Below, piece by piece: positions 38,251-51,375 of a stretch of DNA of 64,000 nt. The notes beneath the pieces were generated by a model that saw only the letters and a list, made by a program, of their open reading frames with translations, was not told the DNA's origin and searched no databases. Numbering within the stretch: position 1 is the stretch's first letter; every line of letters begins with the position of its first letter. The translations under genes and the position numbers were made by a program. Origin of the DNA: Haliotis rubra (Eukaryota); NCBI RefSeq assembly GCF_003918875.1, contig NW_025767197.1, positions 124,001-188,000 of the forward strand, read 5' to 3'.

Positions 38251-41200
38251 ATGCTGCTGTCAACACCAATAGTGCTGCTGGTCGTTGCTTACATGCAACT
38301 TGCTCTGTCCAGCAACCAAAATTCCCTCCATGGCATCGCCTACATCTCCGTGACGACGGACAACATGACGGCGTCAACGCAGTTCTACACTCAGGTTCTG
38401 GGAGGGATGCTGGTGCCAGAGTTGACCTTCACCTTCAGCGGAGATTCTCACTACTACCGGATGTTCCAGAAGGAGATCCTGGACGCCAGAACACAAGGGG
38501 TTGACCCTGCCCAGCTGGGAGTACCGGATATAAGGGATAACGGTACTCACGAGGTCAGTACATATGCGATAACGGTACCCATAAGGTCAGTAAATAGACG
38601 ATAACTGCAGTCATGAGGTTGATATATAAGCAAACAGCAAAAATGAGGTTATTGTATAGTGTTAACGGTACTCACTTCGTCGGCATAGTAGGAGTGACGT
38701 TACTGATGGGTTCTGTAAAGAGAGAGTAACAGTATTGAAGAAGTCAGAGTGTAACGACAACGGTAGACAGGAGGTCAGTGTGTAACGACACCGGTACACA
38801 TGAGGTCAGTGTGAAAAGACAACGGTACACAAGAGGCCAGTATGTAACGGCAACGGTAGACAGGTCAGTGTGTAACGACAACGGTACACAAGAGGTCAGT
38901 GTGTAACGACAACGATACACAAGAGGTCAGTGTGTAACGACAACGGTACACAAGAGGTCAGTGTGTAACAACAACGATACACAAGAGGTCAGTGTGTAAC
39001 GACAACTGTACCCAAGAGGTCAGTGTGTAACGACAACGATACACAAGAGGTCAGTGAGTAACGACTACGGTACACAAGAGGCCAGTGTGTAACGACAACA
39101 GTACACAATAAGGAGGTCAGTGTGTAACGACACAAGTACACATGAGGTCAGTGTGTAACGACAACGGTATACAAGAGGTCAGTGTGAAACGACAACGGTA
39201 CACAAGGTGTCAGTGTGTAATGACAACGGTACACATGAGGTCAGTGTGAAGCGACAACGGTACACTAGAGGTCAGTGTGTAACGACAACGGTACACAAGA
39301 GGTCAGTGTGTAACAACAACGGTACACAAGAGGCCAGTGTGTAATGACAACGGTACACAAGAGGTCAGTGTGAAACGACAACGGTACACAAGAGGTCAGT
39401 GTGTAACGACAACAGTACACTTGAGGTCAGTGTGGAACGACAACGGTACACAAGAGGCCAGTGTGTAACGACAACGGTACACAAGGTGTCAGTGTGTAAC
39501 GACAACTGTACCCAAGAGGTCAGTGTGTATCGACAACGGTAGACAAGCGATCAGTGTGTAACGACAACGGTACACAAGAGGTCAGTGTGTAACGACAACG
39601 GTACACAAGAGGTCAGTGTGTAACGACAACGATACAAGAGGTCAGTATGTGAAACGACAAAGGGTACACAAGAGATCAGTGTGTAACGACAACGGTACAC
39701 AAGAGGTCAGTGTGTAACGACAACGGTACACAAGAGGTCAGTGTGAAACGACAACGGTACACAAGAGGTCAGTGTGTAACGACAACGGTATACAAGAGGT
39801 CAGTGTGTAACGACAACGGTACACAAGAGGTCAGTGTGTAACGACAAAGGTACACAAGAGGTCAGTGTGTAACGACAACGGTACACAAGAGGCCAGTGTG
39901 TAACGAAAACGGTACACAAGAGGCCAGTGTGTCACAATAACGGTACACAAAGTGTCAGTCTGTAATGACAATGGTACACAAGAGGCCAGTGTGTAACGAC
40001 AACGGTACACAAGAGGCCAGTGTGTAACGACAACGGTACACATGTGGTCAGTGTGAAACGACAACGGTACACTTGAGGTCATTGTGAAATGACAACGGTA
40101 CACTAGATGTCAGTGTGAAACGACAACGGTCCACAAGGTGCTAGTGTGTAATGACAACGGTACACAAGAGGTCAGTGTGAAACGACAACGGTACACATGA
40201 GGTCAGTGTGAAACGGCAACGATACACATGAGGTCAGTGTGTAACGACAACGGTATACAAGAGGTCAGTGTGTAACGACAACGGTACACAAGAGGCCAGT
40301 GTGTAACGGCAACGGTACACAAGAGGTCAGTGTGTAACGACAACGGTATACAAGAGGTCAGTGTGAAACGACAACGGTATGCAAGAGGTCAATGTGTAAC
40401 GACAACGGTACATATGGGGTCAGTGTATAACGATAACTTTAACGATATCCATTAGGTCTCTGTGTTGTGTCATACTCCATACTATTACTCCAAAGGTCAG
40501 TATGTAAAGTACAATAAGACCCATGTACTGAGAAATAGGAAATCACGGTATTGATACTAGGATATAACAGTACTCACGAGGGATAACGGTTGGGACATAA
40601 CGGTACACGTGATGTAATGGTACACATAAGGTAAGCAGATAGGGCTTAACAGGTCAGGATTGTTAGCAGATGATATCAATATAGGGCTTAACATGTCAGC
40701 ATTGTTAGCAGATGATATCAATATATAGATATACCTGTCATCGAGACGTCCGTGTTAATGTGATATGCAAACTACCGGGCAAAAGAAAGCTATCGCCTTT
40801 TAAATAATTTATAGAAAACCAAAAAGGCTGGTGCAGTTTCCAGCCCAAGCAGAAAACATTCGCCAAAACGCAACATGGTCCCGATAACAACGCAGCTGTC
40901 CGACAAGTTCGTACGAATCGTGCATTTTTTAATTATGTGAAAAGCGTAATCGTGGGACATTGGCCTAAATGACAAAGCAAGCATGCAGCAACAAAAAACA
41001 CACCACGAATATGCCAAGACTTAGGCAAGCGCATCGAGACAGGGCGGTCGAGATGGTCAATATGAGGGCTTCACAACGTCAACTGGCAAGAACCTTCAAC
41101 TGCAGCCAGGCCAGCGTCAGCAAATTGATAAACTGCTACCAGCAAACAGGCCAGGCCCAAGACAACCCAAGATCGAGACCAAGTATCACAACACCGGCCG

Positions 41201-44200
41201 AAGACAGCTACATCTGGCAGATCCACCTCTGGAACAGATTCGTGATGGCGACGTCAACGGAGGCGACAGCACTAGGACACGCCACCAGCAGACGAACAGC
41301 CCTTCGAGTGAGTGAGTGAATATTACTTAACGCCGCATCAGCGACGTTGCAGCTATTCGCGGCGAGACAGTCCTTTGGGGACGACTTGGTATGGCTGGTA
41401 TACGAGCCTTCCGCCCCTTCTCTGGAATGGCCTTGGCCCGTCTACACGGTCAACGCAGACTGCAATGGGTACGAACTGTACGTCGGTGGCAGCGATGGAC
41501 TGGGAGAGAGTGCTCTTTACGGGTGGAAGTCGGTTCAGTCGGCATAGTTCGAATGTTTCGACGTAGAGGAGAGCGACTGGCGCCAAACTGCGTTCAAGAA
41601 GTTCAACCGTTCGATGGAAGAGGTGTCAAGGTGTGGGGCGGCATTTGTCGCCAGACAACAAGACGACTGGTTATCATCCGAGGAAATCTGAATGGCCAGC
41701 GATACAGGGATGAAGTGTTGAGACATCTTGTGGTGCCCTTTATTCAACAACATTACTTTTTGAACGGCATTCTAGAAGTTGGTGAGTCAAAAATGAAGCA
41801 TACAACTTTATGGATGACACCTTCTTGTTTATTGCATATATACCATCGGCCTATGAAGAATTAGTCAAACTATAGACTATCAAAGTACCCTGTCTATTTG
41901 TTGTTACTTCTTAATCCCCCATGTTTACTGACTTCATCTCTGGTGTTATTTGTTGTTTTTAGTTCCCTACTGGCCTCTTCCAATTATGTACCACTTGTTA
42001 TTCTATTACATGCTGTTGTTAATGTTAATCTGCTGTTTGTCACAACACACCATGTATATATGCTTCTCACCATTTCGTTGTAGTCACTTTTAGCTTGATA
42101 ACGATGTAAGAACCTACATCGAAACGTTGCTTAACGCAAATAAACAAGAAATTGTCATCCATAAAGTTGTATGTTTCATTTTTATTCTACAACAGCCAAG
42201 AAGAGTAATTTTGCAGCTCTACAACGCAAGGCCTCTCACGATAGAACTGTTCCAGAATACCCGCACCACGTTGACGTCAACGTATTGCCTTGGCCACAGC
42301 ATTCTCCAGACATGAACCCCATTGAACATCTCTGGGATCATCTTGATCGTTAGTTGAGACAGCGTGTTCCTTCTCCAGCGGGACCGACAGGAGCTCAAAC
42401 ATACTCTCTTGGACTTTTGGGACAGGATTCCTGCTGACGTCATCATGACGACGTGGCTGCCCAGGGTGGTCACAATCGCTATTGATGACGTGTCCCCTGA
42501 TTCCAGTCTTATTATGTGACTCATTATGTACTTTTTGAAAATTTTAATTTTGACCCCTTGGCTCTTTCTTTATGAAGTGCGGCAAATGCAAGGCCATCGC
42601 TACGATGATGTTTCAGTCAAAGTATTGAAAAATTATCATCATTTATCTCACATACGTCTTTCTTTCTACTTTGTATCAAGTGAAGTCGGTGATAACTTTC
42701 TTTTGTCCGGTAGTTTATATTGTGAACACCGGTATTCATGAATCATTATAAGGGCATAATGGTATTCATGGTGTCAGTATATAAGGGATAAACATACGCA
42801 TGCGCTGGGTATTAAGAGGATAACAGTACTCGTGATTTCAGTAAAACAGTAAAATACGTCAGTAAAAAAGTAAGATACGTCTATAACGAACTGTCAGATG
42901 AAACGAAATGTTTATGGGATCCCTGGCACTTACTATTTCTTTAGTTTAAGTACGTATAACGAACTACGGAGAAAACGAACAAAAAAATAGTGGCCCATTT
43001 GAGTTTGTTTTAACCGTAGTTCACTGTAGAAGATAACGATATTCAGGAAGTCAGTATATAGGGGGTAACCCACGGGTTGGTATGTATGCTATAAAGGGGA
43101 ATATGACGTCAGTAAATAGGAAATTATAGTACCAATGGGGTCTGTTTATCGGCATAACTGAAATCAGGGGGGGCAATGTATAGGGAATAATTCTTTTCAT
43201 GAGGCCAGTATATGGGTGGTGGTGGTGGAATTGGTTTAACGGCGTGCTTGAGAATATTTCGCTCATATGACGACGTGCATGCGTGTGTATGTGTATGTGC
43301 GGTTGCTTGTACTAGCCCAGACTGAAGCTGGTTTTATAGTGCTAGCTCACTGTGATACCATGCCGCAGTGAAGCATGAATACCCCACTCAGACACATTAT
43401 ACTGACTCCGAGCCGACCAGTCCTTGTTGTACCCATTAATGCCGAGCGCCAGGCAGGGACCAACAAGTACCATATTTTAACGTCTTTTGGTATGATGCAG
43501 TCGGGGATCGAACCCGCGACCTTCCGCCTCCGGGCGAACGCTCTAACCACTACACGGCGGAGGCGGTCCGCCAGTATATGGGAGTGAAGGGATTCAAGAC
43601 TTCTTCACAAGTAACAACAGCTTGAGCATTGATATACTTGATATTAACGAAATTTCCCTATTCTGTTTCCATTGGTTGTGTACAGAAATACGCATTTTTT
43701 ATATACCACAAATAGAAGCACAGCTATTTGACCAATAACATGTACCATTCCATAACCTCCGACTATTCAAGTACCCATCATCCCCAGATCGCATTTTGTA
43801 TCTTTAAACTTTTTTCTTTATTCTATTTATAGTTTTTTAGTTATTTATAGTAAAGACAGGTATCAGTCACACAATACGTTTACATAAACAGCAAATGACA
43901 AAGAATTTGTAAAACATATAGACTCTATTTGATATTTCAGTTGTAGTAACATTATAATAATCACGGTCTTTGTATATTAATGTTTGGAAGGTTGGCAATC
44001 GTTTCTGTTTATTATCAAATATAGTCTTTTTGAAAATCAAGATGATTATATTTAGTGGATCATTGTTTCTCTCTGGAAAACCAATGAGTATCCTTTCTTT
44101 ATAAAAGTGAATATCTATATGAGCTCTTTCTTTATAAAAGTGAATCTCTATATGAGCTCTTTCTTTCAGCCAACCTTCCAGTTTGGTCCACAGGCGCCTT

Positions 44201-47200
44201 ACATGATCACATTCCCAAAATATTTGTTGCAATGTATCTGTTTTGAAGGAACAAAAGTCTCATGTATCTGATTGGGTATAGCCCATTGTTAGTAAACGGA
44301 TATTAGTTGGTAGGATATGGAGTGGGATTTTGTACTGGAACCACTTGATGTTTGAATGGGTGGTGCATGTTATATTTGGTCTATGTTTGCAACAGGGATG
44401 TTACATTGCAACTATACTAGGCACATAAAGAAACTGTGCATACAAAAATTTAAAATCTAAATTTATCAAACCTGTGTAGACACATAAGGATTTAAACTCA
44501 GAGATTAGTGACATGTATCCAACATGCATGCACTTGCCACGTTCCGTGACGTCAGTGGGTTCATCCTGGAGACGTGCAATACGTTGTTGCACGTGCATTC
44601 CGGGAATGGGAAACAGAGCAAATGAATGCCACACAATACTGTCACTTTGGAAAGCTCAACCCCTGCCCTTGCGATCGTTCAAAAAATTAAACGGCTATTG
44701 AAACGCATAGCATGCCAAGGCTCACGTCTGCACAACGTCATGAGGCCATTGGGATGGTCCGTGGGGGAATGTCTCAACGACAAGTGGCTGCACATTTCCA
44801 CTGCCACCGGAACACCATTTCTGCACTAGTGAGACGCTACCAGAACACAAATGACGTCATCGATCGGCCACGTTCTGGACGTCCACGTGTAACAACGCCA
44901 AGACTGGACATATGGATAAGGGTGACCCATCTTCGCCAAAGGTTTCAGACTGCAGTGATGACTGCCCGAACCATCCCAGGACTTCGCCGTACCCACCCCA
45001 ACACAGTTCGACAACGTTTACGTCATTACGGGATCAGACCACGACGTCCCGCCATAGGCCTATCCTGACACAACGTCATCGACAAGCTCGCCGAATGTGG
45101 TGCCGAAATCATGTCCGCAGACCCTTGTTTTGGTGGAGAAATGTTGTTTTTACAGATGAGTCCAGGTTTAGCATTTCCCATAGTGATGAACGTCAACGTG
45201 CCTATAGACGCGTGGGAGAATGTTATGCACAGGCCTGTGTCTTGGCGAGGTACCGCTTTGGTGGTGGTTCCGTGATGATTTGGGGTGGAATAACAGCACG
45301 CCAAAGAACTCCTTTGGTGATTGTTCAGGGCAACTTAACTGGTGTGGGCTACAGGGATCAGATTCTTCGACCTGTCGCAATTCCTTTCCTGCAACGTCAT
45401 GGTCCTGGGTTAACATTCCAACAGGGCAGTGCCCGTCCTCATACGGCAAGGGTTGTTATGGATTTCTTGCAACACCACAACGTTGACTTACTGCCTTGGC
45501 CTGCAAATTCACCGGATCTCTCCCCGATAGAGCATGTTTGGGACGAGATGGATCGACGTCTACGCCGTCTTCCTCATCCGCCAGATAACGTCCTTGACCT
45601 TGCAACAGGACTTGAGAGAATCTGGCGTGACATCCCACAAGCCTTCTTGCACGTTTGATAGGCTCTATGCGTCGTCGATGCACTGCTGTTCTCAATGCCG
45701 ATGGTGGACATACCCGTATTTGAGCTTGTGACATGGTCGTTTGACCCCTGTCCCGCTTGTGGACTCGTGACGTCATTATGATTGACTTTTCAATTGAAAT
45801 TCTCCCGACTTGTTATGGTCTCATGAACCCTCCATTAAAGTTTATATGTACCTTTGACATTGTTACCGTACTTATCAACTGGGATAATATTTTGACAATG
45901 CACAGTTTCTTTATGTGGCTAGTGTATCTTTAAACTTAACACATAAAAGGGATGTTGGGACGTCATCAAAAGCAGTTTCTGGATATTCCCCTCGTAGTGT
46001 AAGGAGATTCTGATGTTCAAATTTAAATAATATCCATAAAACATATGACATAAGATCGTTTGAATGACATGGATAGAACTGTAATACGTGTTTGTTTCTG
46101 CAGGTGCATGGTAACTTCATCATCTTTGACAACGGAATCATCCAACTAGTGGAGTATGTGCTTAAAGCATCAACTGACACCATCTTTGACATGCGTGACC
46201 GTCGCTCCTGCTCCGCCTACATTGGAGCCCAAATGGTATGTTTCTGGGTCAAGGACGACGTGGATTTTAACCACTACATTGCTGAAATGGAAAGAAAATC
46301 ACGTGATCTTGGTTTAGATCAGATTAAGGTCAACAGACCAGTGACGGTTCACAACGAAGCTGAACGACTAGCCGTCCCTGAAAACGAGCTTGATGTTACT
46401 TTTAACACTGGTGTCTTTGATGGCTTATCGATGGCTTACTTTAAAGGGCCATCGGGAGAGCGACTGGAACTGAACCAAATTGTAAGACGTTACAAATACT
46501 ATCTTGGCAGTGAGTTCTGCCGGCGGCGTGCGGTGACCACAGCCTTCTTGGACCACCACCCTGACAACAAATGGAAGAAAGCTGCCGGAGTCAGTGGTCA
46601 GCTTTACGGGATATACGAGCTGGCCACAAGAACAGATGATCTTTTGATGTCCAATGACTTCTACACTCAGGTCCTTGGTGCAGACCTAGTTCCTAAACCA
46701 CTGGTGGGAGTGGACTTCCGAGGAGATGATGTTGAAAACATGGTGTTCCAGAAAGAGATTCTTGATGCAGAATCTTGGGGAGTTGACCCGAAACAAATAG
46801 GGGTTCCAAACATTTCTATGGCAGGAGATGACAGACGTGATCTTAATTTTAACCTGTTTGATAACTACGTAGTGAAGACAGTGCAGTATACTGCAGGAAG
46901 ATCTCTGTCAGACCCCAGGTTTAATCCCAGATACAACTGGAGCAGTCCTGCCTACATCAACAACATGAATATGGCCTTCTTCGTTGACTCCAACGTTGAT
47001 CTGAACAACTTCCTACAGAGCGCGGAGAAAAAGGCTGCCGGGAAAAGGTTCCCTCAGTTTAAACTGAATAGAGCAGTTGATGTGCAGACATTAGGAGCTA
47101 GCGTTCCTGCAGCTCAGTACAGTGAAGAGTTCACTGATGGACCTCTGAAAGGTTTCAACTACGTGTATGCTAAGGGTCCAGCAGGGGAACAGATATCCTT

Positions 47201-47354
47201 TGTTCAGTTCAAGGGTCCAGCGGAAGCCAAACTGAAGTCAGCCCTGTTAAAGTATTCGGCAGTCAACACAGCCTTCAAGGAGACGAATCCGTGGGTCAGG
47301 AAAGAATATGACTCGTTTTGTTCTAAATATTCCACTGACCCCAATATTGGATAA
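38251..47354 (+). CDS. Secreted two-domain VOC/glyoxalase-like protein, paralog 3; join(38251..38553,46104..47354), 517 aa
   Basis: Same exon boundaries as the other paralogs; 7.55-kb TE-filled intron; CAG|GTG acceptor; AATAAA at 47372. Confidence 0.85.
38740..40430 (+). repeat. 31-bp minisatellite GAGGTCAGTGTGTAACGACAACGGTACACAA, about 50-55 copies
   Basis: Seen directly; related to the exon end and donor sequence gataacggtactcacgag|gtcagt. Confidence 0.96.
41753..42181 (+). mobile_element. Penelope-like fragment with inverted terminal segments and a hammerhead-like motif
   Basis: Inverted copies atgaagcatacaactttatggatgaca / tgtcatccataaagttgtatgtttcat; flanking tttattc(a/t)acaaca duplication. 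Confidence 0.6.
42091..42132 (+). ncRNA. Minimal type I hammerhead-ribozyme-like motif (U3-A8 variant)
   Basis: agc UUGAUAA c gaugua-loop-uacauc GAAAC GUU gcu. Confidence 0.5.
43217..43569 (-). mobile_element. Full-length tRNA-derived SINE, family C (Meta/MESC-like core), 13-bp TSD
   Basis: A and B boxes; core ataccaaaagacgttaaaatatggtac..tgcctggcgctcggcatta; TSD gccagtatatggg at 43204 and 43570. Confidence 0.85.
43860..44370 (-). mobile_element. L1/Tx1-like LINE ORF2 C-terminal (zf-RVT) fragment
   Basis: KWFQYKI..ILPTN...FC..DTLQQIFWEC..VRRLW. Confidence 0.75.
44415..45924 (+). mobile_element. Tc1/mariner DNA transposon, full length, TA TSD; transposase frameshifted and second D mutated
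   Basis: TIRs actag(g/c)cacataaagaaactgtgcat; MPRL..RSGRPR, FTDESRF, FQQGSARPH and SPDLSPIEHVW; frameshifts near 45060 and 45645. Confidence 0.95.
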
Positions 47355-49128
47355 ACGGGTTTACCTTCAGAAATAAAACTGATTTATCAGGTAGCTGAAT
47401 GTAGTATTTCAAACAGGGACTTCGACGAGATGACTACGTTGTGTGATATGTGTTCCAGTCACTTATTAGCTTAAGACTTCCGGTTGTATAACCCTCCCAT
47501 TCGTGTTAAAGAATCGCATTATCTTTGCCTTTACTGACAATAAATTGAAAAAAACTGTCTCAGTGAACGCAGAAGGAATGGGTCGCCAGCATTCCCTTGC
47601 TTGTGAAAATACTCTACAAAATGCATTCTGCTGGTCAGGTTTCCTGGTTCATTACACATAACTGTACCTTGACGGAGTTGTTCGTTATGGTATCAACCAC
47701 TAGTTTGTCTGGCCAAATTTCGAAAAATATATTCAGGCCACTGTGGTATATATGGAACATTATCTCGTCTCGAATAGAACAGCACACTACCCAAACTCAT
47801 ACGACTACCTAATCTTGCCACCACACTCGGCCGTAAAATCACAAATATTAGCAGAAACAAATACAGGTTAACATTCATTCTGTCCTCACTTCTTGCCTTC
47901 ATTATGCAGCCCGTCCATCAACTGTCATTTATTCCTATGGTACACTACGTTTATAACGAGGTTATGACAAAATGGTCTGATGAGCTCTATACTTTAGCCA
48001 CAATATGATTATGAAATAAGCTCTTTGTGATATAAAGAGTATGCTTTCGAAAGGTAGGAATCTGACGGTGCCAAGAAAGGTTCAAAATTGGACGAAATTG
48101 GTGAAGAAATAACGATTAGAAAATTCTACCGCGACACTATTATATATTGTGTTTGAAATATATTGTAATCATAATATATAAATTGATATGTGATTGCAAA
48201 AGTCTAGATTTATATTTTTTTAAATGATTGTCCAAACAGTGATTCGACCCCCTGTGCTGTGGGATGTCTCTCATCAACCCATCAATGTGCTGTAGGTATT
48301 CTATGCAGGATACGCTCACCTGTTCGCTAACGCCTAGCATTAATGTCACATATGTTATATTTGACCACTTTCTATATGGCTATATGTATTCATAGCCTTC
48401 GGTCGTGTGACCCAATTTAGACTTGTTAGAGGGGTACACAAAGTTTCATTTTCATGTTTGTGGAAGGACATCAAGCAGAGAGTGTCTGGGGACAGTTGGG
48501 TATGTCTGAATAAATCCAAAATGGATCGGTTACAGCAGGCTGCTACTGCTACTATTGCCATTTGCTGCCTCAAAGGGTGAGTTTCTGGGCAGATTGTTCT
48601 TTCTCCTCGTGCTTTTGTAAATGTCATAGCTCTTGGGTGGTTTGGCCGCAACTTAACTTTATGGCGAGTCATTGGCTTGTTAGTAGGTTGGTGTGATTTT
48701 ACTTGTGCATCTGTCCATTTTGTTAGCTTGAAGATTTATGTTTAAACCTGGTCTTATAGACCAGAGTGTCATGCTGCTGTAGGTGACGCTGTCGCTGTGT
48801 CTGTCAAAAAACATCCCAACCGGATAAACTTGATGAGGCATGAAGTCTTAAAGAAGGAATTTTCAATTCTGTTATCACTAACTGATTTGGATTTGTGAAA
48901 CGTTGGTTTCACACTAAATTCTTCTGCATACAGTTTGACTTTCGAAATCGACACGAAACATTGGTAGCTATGTTATTATTTACATATTATGTACTAGAGT
49001 ATTGAAGTGGACATTTCTGTGAACAGTGAACATATTTGCTAACTTTAACGTTTTGGCTCATAATTTGACTATGCAAATGATTTCTCCCTCTTATGTAAGG
49101 AGCTTGTTTACAGTTATCGGCATAGGGC

Positions 49129-49219
49129 TATCTTATCTCCTTAAACATGGCATACTTCCACACATTTAAGACTCAAAACAACTGTCCATATTTTATCACA
49201 AAGGTTTCAAACTATATAA
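49129..49219 (+). promoter_or_regulatory. Paralog 4 promoter remnant: GATA/Fox-like module and TATA box
   Basis: tatcttatctccttaaacatg, identical to paralog 2; TATATAA at 49213. Confidence 0.55.
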
Positions 49220-49256
49220 GAGACTGTCAACCATTTCATTCACGTCAACTAGAATA

Positions 49257-51375
49257 ATGCTGCTGTCAACGCCAACATTGTTGCTGGTCGTTGCTTACAT
49301 GTAACTTGTCCTGTCAAGCAACCAAAGGTCCCTCCATGGCATCGCCTACGTCTCCGTGACGACTGACAACATGACGGCGTCCACGCAGTTCTACACTCAG
49401 GTTCTGGGAGGGATGCTGGTGCCAGAGTTGACCTTCACCTTCAGTGGAGATTCTCACTACTACCGGATGTTCCAGAAGGAGATCCTGGACGCCAGAACAC
49501 AAGGGGTTAACCCTGCCCAGCTGGGAAGACCGGATATATGGGATAACGGTACTCACGAGGTCAGTACATATGCAATAACGGTGCTCATAAAGTCAGTATG
49601 TTTGAAATAACGGTACACATTAGGTTGGTATAAATGGGATAACGGAACTCATGAGGTCAGTACGTATGGGATTACAGTACATATAATAATAATAGTCCAT
49701 TAATATTGCGCGTTTATCCATGCACATTGCATGCTCAAAGCGCTGACATACCCGAAAACATATAAAGTTGGTATATTCACGAGGCCAGTACATAGGTAAT
49801 TAAGGTGTTCCCAACACCAGTAAATGGCAATGGTCACTATATTGGCTATAGCAACACTCATACGGTCGGTATATTAGAAGAAACGAGTAAAGTAATTAAT
49901 CTACTCACGATGATTTAAGTAGAGATTTTCACATGATTATGAAGATAATTTTGCCCCTCTCTATCTGAATGACTTCAATAAACTTGTAGAACTGCCAAAT
50001 GGCCGTGGCCTAACCCTCCCTTTAACCTTAAACACGTTGCTTATTTAACTACAACTGGATCAAGATAGAAACTTCTTATTTTATCCGAAAAAATGTTTCT
50101 TTCTGTACAAGTGAGTAATTCGTCATATTCTATCGGTAACTCATGATGAATGATAATATGCATTTGTTTCTGTAGGTGCGAGGTAACTTCATCGTTTTTG
50201 ACAACGGCATCATCCAACTTGTAGAGTATGTGCTGAAATCTGACATTGTCTTCGACATCCATGAACGTCGCACCAGCCCCTGTTATATCGCAGCCCCACA
50301 TATATGCTTCTGGGTCAAGGACGACGTGCATTTCAACCATTACATTGCAGAACTAGAAAGAAGGTCACATGAAAGAAGGTCATTTCATCAGGTCAAGGTC
50401 AACAGACCCAAAACAGTTCACAACGAAGCTGAACGACCAGCCGTTCCCAAAAACAGCTTGGTCTTACTTTTACCAGTGGAGACCTTGCTGGTTTATCATT
50501 TGCATACTGGAAAGGCCCCAGAGGCGAGCAACTGGAACTATACCAAATAACAAATCAATCCTGGTACCATCTTGGCAGTGATTATTGCCGACGACAGGGC
50601 GTAGCCACAGCCTTCTTGGACAATCAGTCTGACAACCAATGGAAGAAAGCTGCTGGAGTCAGTGGTCAGCTTTACGGGATGTTCCAGTTTGGAACAAGAA
50701 CCGATGACCTTTTTAAATCCGTGAACAGGCAGTGAACGTTCGAGGAGACGATGTTGAAAACATATTGTTCCAGAAAGAGATTCTTGGTGCATTTTCGTGG
50801 GGAGCTGAGCCCAGAGATATAGGGGTTGCAAATATTTCCCTAGCATGTTCCGACTGACTTGACCTTACATTTAACCTTTTTGATAACTATGTGGTGGAGA
50901 CTCTGGTGTATACTGCAGGAAAATCTCTGTCAGATTCCAAGTTCAATCCCAGATACAACTGGAGTAGTCCTGCCTCCATCACAACATGCACGTTGCCTTC
51001 TTCGTTGACTCCAGCGTCGATCTGAACAACTTCATTCAAAAGGCAGAGCTGAAGGCTGCCAGGAATATGTTCCCTCAGTTTAAACTGAATAGAATTGTTG
51101 ATGTGCCGACATTAGGGGCTAGCGTTCCTGTATCACAGTACAGTGAAGAGTTCACTGATGGACCTCTGAAAGGTTTCAACTACGTGTTTGCTAAAGGTCC
51201 AGCAGGGGAACAGCAATCCTTTGTTGAGATCAAGGGTCCAGCGGAAGCCAAACTGAAGTCATCCCTGTTGCGGTATTCGGCTGTCACCACAGCCTTCAAG
51301 GAGACGAATCCGTGGGCCAGAAAAGAATATGACTCGTTTTGTTCGAAATATTCCAGTAACCCTGTTATAGGCTGA
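49257..51375 (+). pseudogene. VOC/glyoxalase-like paralog 4, pseudogene; exons 49257..49559 and 50176..51375
   Basis: CAA>TAA at codon 16 (49302-49304); 1-bp deletions near 50453 and 50980; deletion of roughly 46 bp near 50725 relative to paralog 5. Confidence 0.92.

Larger units (their letters stand above)
40768..42717 (+). mobile_element. Degenerate Tc1/mariner transposon carrying nested insertions
   Basis: TIRs caaactaccgggcaaaagaaagctatc / gataactttcttttgtccggtagttta; MPRL..HTH, VWGGI and SPDMNPIEHLWD remnants. Confidence 0.9.
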
